Position numbers and translations under genes: made by a program | The notes under the pieces: model-generated | Databases searched by the model: none | The model's input: the letters and a program-made list of their open reading frames with translations, nothing else | What the model was told of the DNA's origin: nothing | From: Oligoflexia bacterium | Lineage (GTDB): Bacteria > Bdellovibrionota > UBA1018 | Assembly (NCBI GenBank): GCA_963758495.1 | Contig: CAVWVI010000002.1 | Location: forward strand, 64,151 to 128,150 | Length of the DNA: 64,000 bases | Direction of reading: 5' to 3' | Shown here: positions 57,991 through 64,000 of the stretch, in pieces | Numbering within the stretch: position 1 is the first letter of the stretch | Layout: each line of letters starts with the position of its first letter

Positions 57991-59065
57991 CACGATGAGC
58001 ACACTCTGAATTCACACAGGAAAAAATCCGATCTTTTAAACTCAGGTTTTCATTTTTAGTTCGGCATTTACGACATTCTTTCGAAGAAGGGAAAAATCGC
58101 TCTGCATAAAGGACTTTCCCGCCTCTTTGGGCTGTCTTATATTTAATTTGTCTTTTGAACTCATGAAAGGAGATATCTGACAAAGAACGAGCAAGCTTGT
58201 GGTTTTTAAGCATGCCAGCGGTGTTCAGATCTTCAAGACAAACGATTCCGAATTGATTGGCAACTTGGGTCGTTGTTTTATGGATAAAATCCAGACGAAC
58301 ATTGACTATTTTCTGATGAACTTTTGCTACTTTTTTTGCTGCTTTCTTCCTCCTCTTACTCCCCAATGTTTTGCGATGCAAAGAACGATTCTCTCTTGCT
58401 AATTTCTTGAGATGTTTTCTAAGTGACTTCGGACCCCGAAACTTCCTCCCAGTTGATAAAGTCAAATCTGTCTCAAGACCTAAATCGCCTGCAACTGACT
58501 GAAGAGGGTTTTTACATTTACGGTGAGGAAGTGGGGTTTCAACTTGAATGGAAATAAACCAACGATCCGCATTCCTTCCAATGGTTGCTCCCAAGACCTT
58601 CCCAGAGAATCGTAATGACTCCGCTAAAGAAACTTTTCCAATGTGAGGAAGGTCTACAAATTGATCCTGAACTGAAAACTGATCATTGGAAATATAGAAG
58701 GAATCCCTAGATTTCCCCTTCTTTTTAAATCGGGGTTGCTTCGTTTTACGAGATGTCTTCTTGTTCAAATCACGAAAGTAATTTGCCCAAGCTGCCCCTA
58801 AATCGGCTAAAGCCCCTTCAGGAGCGCATTTAGTGACCTCATACATCCATGGAAATTGCACTTCCTTGAGTGAGTTGAGCTTTTTCTTTAATGCCATCCA
58901 ATTCGGCCGCTCTCCCTCTTGATACTGCTTCTTCCATTCTGCCAATCCCCAGTTATAAGAAAACCGCGCTACTCCGCATGCCTTTTGAAAATACAAGACC
59001 TGCTCCTCCGCAGGGAGCATCTCAATCTTATGTGCGATCTTATAGAGTAGGGTTTGTTCGGTCAT
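57794..59065 (-). CDS. tnpB: TnpB RNA-guided endonuclease
   Basis: GVARFSYNW, PRFKKKG, AGDLGL (RuvC-I), CLEDL (RuvC-II), FPSSKECRKC zinc finger, DRDVHASRNI (RuvC-III). Confidence 0.92.
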   Translation of the reverse strand: MTEQTLLYKIAHKIEMLPAEEQVLYFQKACGVARFSYNWGLAEWKKQYQEGERPNWMALKKKLNSLKEVQFPWMYEVTKCAPEGALADLGAAWANYFRDLNKKTSRKTKQPRFKKKGKSRDSFYISNDQFSVQDQFVDLPHIGKVSLAESLRFSGKVLGATIGRNADRWFISIQVETPLPHRKCKNPLQSVAGDLGLETDLTLSTGRKFRGPKSLRKHLKKLARENRSLHRKTLGSKRRKKAAKKVAKVHQKIVNVRLDFIHKTTTQVANQFGIVCLEDLNTAGMLKNHKLARSLSDISFHEFKRQIKYKTAQRGGKVLYAERFFPSSKECRKCRTKNENLSLKDRIFSCVNSECAHREDRDVHASRNILIHCTRGRRGNHARGQRASMPCASRKRFASRKLSGLKRETCINVKKEIKVGNYV

Positions 59066-59676
59066 TCCTTTTGTACAGCCATTTCTAAAATAGTCTTCTT
59101 GTATTTTCGAAGTCCATAAAGCCGCGATGAAAAGCAATGAATGATGGACATCAAATCTTTCGTCATCTCTTGTTCTGGAGAAAGGGATTCTTGATTCATG
59201 ACTGCAATCTGAGTGCCATGAAGTTTGCAAAAATGCTCAAACCATTCAAACCCAAATCGAACTAACCTATCTTTATGAGCCACAATGATCTCTGCGATCT
59301 CGCCCCGCTCAACACGATTCATGAGCTCAATAAAATTCTTGCGCTTGTAGTTTAAGCCTGAACCTATGTCTTCATATTTTTCATGGATGATTCTGCCCGA
59401 AGCAACACAAAACTGCTCAACAGCTTTTTTTTGAGACATGAGGTCCGGTTTTTGGGTACTTCCCGAAACGTGCACATAACTTACGTTTATCCTTTGTTTG
59501 TCTTTCTGTCCCACTACTTGAATATAATCTTCATGGGTATAGTATCGTCTATTCGTGGGTGTTCGCTTTGCTTGAAGAATCTTTTCACGATCCCATCGTT
59601 GGAGAGTGCCGGTCGAACGACCTATGAGTAAACCAAATTGTTTTGGGCTGTATATTTTTGTATTCAAAGCAGGCAT
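59062..59676 (-). CDS. tnpA: IS607 TnpA serine recombinase (MerR-like HTH first)
   Basis: TLQRWD..RTPTNRRYY, YVHVS..QKPDL, DIGSGLNYKR, DRLVRFGF, FSSRLYG. Confidence 0.92.
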   Translation of the reverse strand: MPALNTKIYSPKQFGLLIGRSTGTLQRWDREKILQAKRTPTNRRYYTHEDYIQVVGQKDKQRINVSYVHVSGSTQKPDLMSQKKAVEQFCVASGRIIHEKYEDIGSGLNYKRKNFIELMNRVERGEIAEIIVAHKDRLVRFGFEWFEHFCKLHGTQIAVMNQESLSPEQEMTKDLMSIIHCFSSRLYGLRKYKKTILEMAVQKE

Positions 59677-59831
59677 ATATTAATATATTTATATATACTT
59701 TTTGAGTACTATTCACAACTCTATTCCTTCGATGGCAATAATGGCGGCATCGTCTACAGTCACCGGAGTAATAATGAGCGCCGCTCCGTCCGGTGTGTTT
59801 TGCCGGCGCGCTGAGCGTGGGGTCTAGTCGA

Positions 59832-61532
59832 TCATTTAATGTAAGTAGTTCCTTTCGGGCTCTGAGCCAACTCCAAAAGCTCGCTGGCATTCTCAAGACT
59901 CTTGAGAGTAAGATCAGGACCTCCTAGCATTCTAGCAAGTTCCTCTTTTCTGCTGTCATGAGTGAGTTCTGCGATTTCAGTGAGAGTTCGTTTTCCACTG
60001 ATTGATTTTCGAACTACCAAATGATGATCTGCAAAAGAAGCGACTTGAGGGAGGTGAGTAATACAGATCACTTGGTTGTAAGAGGCTACGGATTTTAATT
60101 TCTTTCCGACTTGAAATGCGGTTTGACCGCCAATGCCGGCATCGATTTCATCAAAAAGATAAACGCCAATTCCACCACGATCTGCTATGACGCGACGAAT
60201 GGCGAGCATCAATCTGGATAATTCACCTCCTGAGGCGGTTTTTCCGAGAGGGCGTGCGGGTTCACCTCGATTGGTTTGTACTAAAAATTGAATTGAATCT
60301 CCTCCAAAAGAGTTCCACTCCATTAATTCTTCTTTTAGAGATAATTCGATGAGAAATTTGGCTTCACTCATTTTTAAATCTTTGAGTTCAGCAGTCACGG
60401 AGCTTGCTAATAGTTCAGAGATTTTTTTTCGAGCTTGGGAAAGTTTTTTCCCCTGCTTTCTTAATTCTATATCTAATAGTGCAAGGTCATGAATGAGACC
60501 ATGAAGTCGCTCACTCACCTGTCCAAAGGAAGAATATTCTTCTTCTAGTTGTGCCAAATGTTCTAAAATATCAGTGACTCGAGTGCCGTACTTTCTGCGG
60601 AGGTCTGCTAAAAGAGAGAGTCGCTCTTGAATGGTTTGCAGTCGTTCAGGATTGAGTTCTACTGTGCTTAAATATCTGTTTAATCCTAATGTCACTTCTT
60701 CTGTTTCTGCAACGGCTCTTTCTAAAGCTTCGGATAGAGTTTTCGCCTGTGGGTCGAGTTGAATCAAAGTGCGAAGTTTTTGAAAGGCCAATCGAAGAGA
60801 ATGGATGACACCGTCCTCTTCAGACTCTAAAATAAGTCTGACATTCTCTGCAGCTTGTACGCGGCTTCCTGTGGATTGAAGGAGTTGTTTCTCTTTCTGA
60901 AGCTTTTCATCTTCACCGGCCTCAAGCTGAGCAGCACGTATTTCATCAATTTGAAATTTAACAAAATCCACTCTCTTCGCTCTTTCGCTTTCTGCTTTTT
61001 CAAGGAGTTCGCGTTCCTTGTTCATGGATCGGAACTGGCTGAGTGATTGTGAGAGCGTTCGAGTAGACTCAGTGAGCCCGCCATATCGATCCAGGAGTTC
61101 TAACTGTGTGTTGGGTTTGAGGAGAGATTGATGTTCATGTTGACCACATAAATCAATGAGACCTTCACAAAGATTTTGTAAAACGGTCAGGGTTGCCAGC
61201 TCACCATTGACCGAGATTCGATGTCTTCCGGCTCGGTGAACGGTTCTTTTAATGAGAAGTTCAGAAGGATTTTCACTAAAGCCATACTGATCCAGCCTTG
61301 GAGTCATCCAGGGTATATCGGAAATGTCGAATAGCCCTTCTATAATGGCTTCATCGCAGCCTGACCGGATGAGTTCCGTACTGGCTCTGCTGCCAAGGAG
61401 GAGTGAAATGGCTTCAATGACAATCGATTTTCCTGCGCCAGTTTCACCAGAAATAATATTTAAACCTTTTTTAAAATTAATTTCTGCTGAATCAATAATC
61501 GCGATGTTCTTTATCCTAAGAATTTCTAACAT
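59832..61532 (-). CDS. recN: DNA repair protein RecN
   Basis: SGETGAGKS, GQHEHQ, ASGGELSR, FDEIDAG, ITHLPQVA. Confidence 0.95.
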   Translation of the reverse strand: MLEILRIKNIAIIDSAEINFKKGLNIISGETGAGKSIVIEAISLLLGSRASTELIRSGCDEAIIEGLFDISDIPWMTPRLDQYGFSENPSELLIKRTVHRAGRHRISVNGELATLTVLQNLCEGLIDLCGQHEHQSLLKPNTQLELLDRYGGLTESTRTLSQSLSQFRSMNKERELLEKAESERAKRVDFVKFQIDEIRAAQLEAGEDEKLQKEKQLLQSTGSRVQAAENVRLILESEEDGVIHSLRLAFQKLRTLIQLDPQAKTLSEALERAVAETEEVTLGLNRYLSTVELNPERLQTIQERLSLLADLRRKYGTRVTDILEHLAQLEEEYSSFGQVSERLHGLIHDLALLDIELRKQGKKLSQARKKISELLASSVTAELKDLKMSEAKFLIELSLKEELMEWNSFGGDSIQFLVQTNRGEPARPLGKTASGGELSRLMLAIRRVIADRGGIGVYLFDEIDAGIGGQTAFQVGKKLKSVASYNQVICITHLPQVASFADHHLVVRKSISGKRTLTEIAELTHDSRKEELARMLGGPDLTLKSLENASELLELAQSPKGTTYIK

Positions 61533-62452
61533 TAATCCCGAACTCCAAACTTCAATTTTTCCCGTAATAGACTAAAATAATCGCGAGTGGGTGAAGAAAC
61601 CAATTGTAGCGAGTGTTTTTTAAAGCGTTTGATGATCACAATATCATCTTTTTTCATGTCTACCGCATCTTGACCATCTAAAGTGAGTAATACATGTCCT
61701 GGCCTGTGATTGAGACAAATTTTCACTTTAGAATGATCAGGTATGACAAGAGGCCTTAATGTAAGGCTGTGAGGACAAATAGGTGCCAATACAAGAGCAT
61801 GCACAGAGGGGTCTATGATGGGACCTCCTGCCGCCAAGGCATACGCAGTCGAGCCAGTCGTGGTACTGACAATAATTCCGTCCGCACGAATATTATGCAC
61901 CCACATATCATTGACCCAAACTTTCATTCCAATGATTCGGGCAATGGCTCCTTTTGAAATGACGGCGTCGTTTACGACCGGACCTTGGAAGATGACCTTA
62001 TTTTTTCGCTTTAAAGTGACCTCTAAGAGTGCCCTTTCGCTAATTAAAGGGGGAACTCCATCAATCAATTGTCCCAGAACGGTCACGGCTTCTTCGGATT
62101 TAAATTCTGCTAAAAAGCCAAGGTGACCCATATTGATCCCTAAAACCGGGACGCTACGGTTCTTCATCAAGCGGGCAATACTTAAAAAGGTCCCGTCTCC
62201 GCCGAAAACCACAATTAAATCACACTGATCCACAAGTTCTGGCTTAGGAATGATTTGAATCGATTCCGCCTCTTTTCCTAAAGTTCCAATGATTTTCCTC
62301 GCGAGCAGCTTACTTTCATCTGCGAAGAGGATTTGGGGCCCCTTGGAAAGCACAAACTCAGCTACTTGAGCGGCCAAGAGAGCCGCTTCACGCTGGTGGT
62401 GTTTGATCACAAATCCGATTTTCTTTATTTTCAATGGCTCTGTTTTTTTCAT
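61532..62452 (-). CDS. nadK: NAD kinase
   Basis: GGDGT, GHLGFL, ND, DGIIVSTTTGSTAYALAAGGP; start inferred at MKKTEP (62452). Confidence 0.92.
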   Translation of the reverse strand: MKKTEPLKIKKIGFVIKHHQREAALLAAQVAEFVLSKGPQILFADESKLLARKIIGTLGKEAESIQIIPKPELVDQCDLIVVFGGDGTFLSIARLMKNRSVPVLGINMGHLGFLAEFKSEEAVTVLGQLIDGVPPLISERALLEVTLKRKNKVIFQGPVVNDAVISKGAIARIIGMKVWVNDMWVHNIRADGIIVSTTTGSTAYALAAGGPIIDPSVHALVLAPICPHSLTLRPLVIPDHSKVKICLNHRPGHVLLTLDGQDAVDMKKDDIVIIKRFKKHSLQLVSSPTRDYFSLLREKLKFGVRD

Positions 62453-62486
62453 GATTGTGTTAGATACTTTAGCAAAGGACGGGCTC

Positions 62487-63857
62487 TTGTCATCGAATCT
62501 ATTTGAGTTTGCTGAAAATAATTCGCGGGAGCATATCAGGTCGGGTGGACCCATTTCTGGACCTCTTGCCTTCCGCATGCGTCCCGAAACTCTGGATGAG
62601 TTTTTAGGGCAAGAACGCGTCCTTGCGCCCGGCAAACCCCTACGTCAGTGGATTGAGTCCGACCGAGTTCCATCATTGATTCTTTGGGGACCGCCCGGCT
62701 GTGGAAAGACGACTTTGGCCCAAATCATCGCTCGACAGACTGTATCCGACTTTGAGTCGCTGAGTGCCGTTCTATCGGGAATCAAAGAGATTAAAGAGGT
62801 GGTTGCGAAAGCTAAGGAAGTTCGGCGGATGAGCCAGCGCAAGACTCTTTTATTTGTGGATGAAATCCATCGGTTTAATAAATCCCAACAAGATGCACTC
62901 TTACCCCATGTTGAAGATGGGACGTTAACCCTTGTGGGTGCTACGACTGAAAATCCATCCTTTGAGATTAATTCCGCACTTCTTTCGCGAGCTCGAGTGA
63001 TTCGCCTAGAGCGATTGAGTGTTGAGGCATTGGTGCAAACGATAGAGAGAGCCTTAAAGAATTCATCACGGGGATTAGGAGGCTTTTTCAGCCTGTCTCC
63101 AGAGGCCATTCGCTGGTTGGCGGAAACTTCTGAAGGCGATGCTCGTCGTGCATTGACTTCCCTGGAGAGTATTGCGCTTTCGGTTGGGCAATTTCAAAAT
63201 GAGGCTCCTTTAGATGTCAAACAAGTCCAATCAGCCCTTGAGTCAGCTCTCGAAAGACAGACCGTTCCCTATGATAAATCAGGAGAAGAGCACTATAGTG
63301 TGATTTCTGCTTTTATTAAGAGCATTCGAGATAGCGATCCTCATGCGGGCCTCTATTATTTAGCAAGAATGTTAGAGGGAGGCGAAGATCCACTTTTTAT
63401 TGTGAGACGTTTAGTCATTCTGGCTTCCGAGGACATTGGCAATGCAGATCCCCGCGCTTTGATGGTAGCTGTTGCCGTAAAGGACGCAGTCGAGTTTGTG
63501 GGGATGCCCGAAGCTCGAATTAATCTTGCCCAAGCGGTGACTTATTTAGCTTTAGCCCCAAAGAGTAATGCCAGTTATTTAGGGATAGGAGCGGCTCTGG
63601 ATGAAGTGCGTCAGACGGGGGGGCTGCCCGTGCCTCTTCATATGAGAAATGCAGTGACAGGGTTGATGCGTTCCTTTGAATATGGCAAAGGCTACCGCTA
63701 CGCTCATTCTGATTCTGAGAATCGAGCCCGTCAAACTCATCTTCCTGAATCATTGTTAGGAAAGAGATTTTATCAGCCTAAAGAAGTTGGCCTGGAGAGG
63801 CAGTTAAAAGAACGATTAGATCAGCTCAATTCAGATTTTGAGATTTCGAAAAAATAA
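62487..63857 (+). CDS. rarA: Replication-associated recombination protein RarA/MgsA
   Basis: PLAFRMRP, GPPGCGKTT, DEIHRFNKSQQD, ATTENP, SEDIGNADP; start approximate. Confidence 0.93.
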   Translation: MSSNLFEFAENNSREHIRSGGPISGPLAFRMRPETLDEFLGQERVLAPGKPLRQWIESDRVPSLILWGPPGCGKTTLAQIIARQTVSDFESLSAVLSGIKEIKEVVAKAKEVRRMSQRKTLLFVDEIHRFNKSQQDALLPHVEDGTLTLVGATTENPSFEINSALLSRARVIRLERLSVEALVQTIERALKNSSRGLGGFFSLSPEAIRWLAETSEGDARRALTSLESIALSVGQFQNEAPLDVKQVQSALESALERQTVPYDKSGEEHYSVISAFIKSIRDSDPHAGLYYLARMLEGGEDPLFIVRRLVILASEDIGNADPRALMVAVAVKDAVEFVGMPEARINLAQAVTYLALAPKSNASYLGIGAALDEVRQTGGLPVPLHMRNAVTGLMRSFEYGKGYRYAHSDSENRARQTHLPESLLGKRFYQPKEVGLERQLKERLDQLNSDFEISKK

Positions 63858-64000
63858 GGAAATCTCACTGCTGTTCTTTTATTTCTAAATCTTTCCTTCC
63901 CATAAGGAAAGATTATCGTAAAACTTACCCTGCTAGAAGCAATAATTCCCTCAAGTCTTCGCGTGGTTCCTTTTTCTTATCATCCAAAACGTCTTTTTTC

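Larger units (their letters stand above)
57778..59720 (-). mobile_element. IS607-family insertion sequence
   Basis: tnpA serine recombinase + tnpB; CT dinucleotide at both junctions (57776-57777, 59719-59720); removal restores the host reading frame. Confidence 0.9.
57061..59814 (+). pseudogene. Secreted RING (C3HC4) + C-type-lectin-fold gene, frameshifted near 57620-57650 and interrupted by IS607
   Basis: CPVC..PCNHVFCSPC..CPTCR; continues in another frame (YDPNRIPDMAGNEFWSLSVHTHNPDG) and after the IS (LYSFDGNNGG..SVRCVLPAR*). Confidence 0.8.

Noticed and set aside
57557..58009. 150-aa ORF as an independent gene
   Set aside because: Chimera of the frameshifted lectin segment and read-through into the IS607 end
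59677..59720. IStron (group I intron fused to IS607)
   Set aside because: Only ~44 bp lie between the IS end and the tnpA start, leaving no room for an intron core
62403..62635. Long head-to-head overlap of nadK and rarA
   Set aside because: Artefact of longest-ORF starts; likely starts (62452 minus, ~62487 plus) do not overlap
1..64000. DGR template repeat, reverse transcriptase or avd gene within the window
   Set aside because: No AAC-rich copy of any putative VR seen in the intergenic regions and no RT-motif ORF; the DGR core, if real, must lie elsewhere

Overview
About 64 kb of bacterial chromosome, probably Bdellovibrionota/Oligoflexia-like (inferred from the short ~277-aa flagellins, the extra motAB pair and many orphan secreted proteins; not verified by search). 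The backbone is housekeeping: tldD/tldE, long-form phhA, KimA-like permease, trmFO, xerC, dedA, mpaA, two flagellins, choline ABC plus betBA, tag, lpxH, recN, nadK, rarA. Two candidate novel systems stand out. (1) A dispersed family of signal-peptide-bearing proteins carries eukaryote-type ubiquitin modules (ankyrin-RBR, BTB/POZ, RING, RING1+Rcat). Four of them end in C-type-lectin-fold domains whose 3' ends look like diversity-generating-retroelement (DGR) variable regions. No DGR reverse transcriptase or template repeat was found in the window. One member is split inside its putative variable region by an IS607 (tnpA+tnpB), and several sit beside toxin-antitoxin modules or remnants. (2) A six-gene operon with a sigma-28-like promoter encodes an outer-membrane beta-barrel protein, a TPR lipoprotein, a membrane-anchored periplasmic-domain/FliG(M+C) fusion, a stand-alone cNMP-binding protein, MotA and MotB, suggesting a non-canonical stator-rotor machine. 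All calls come from motif recognition by eye; no database searches were run.
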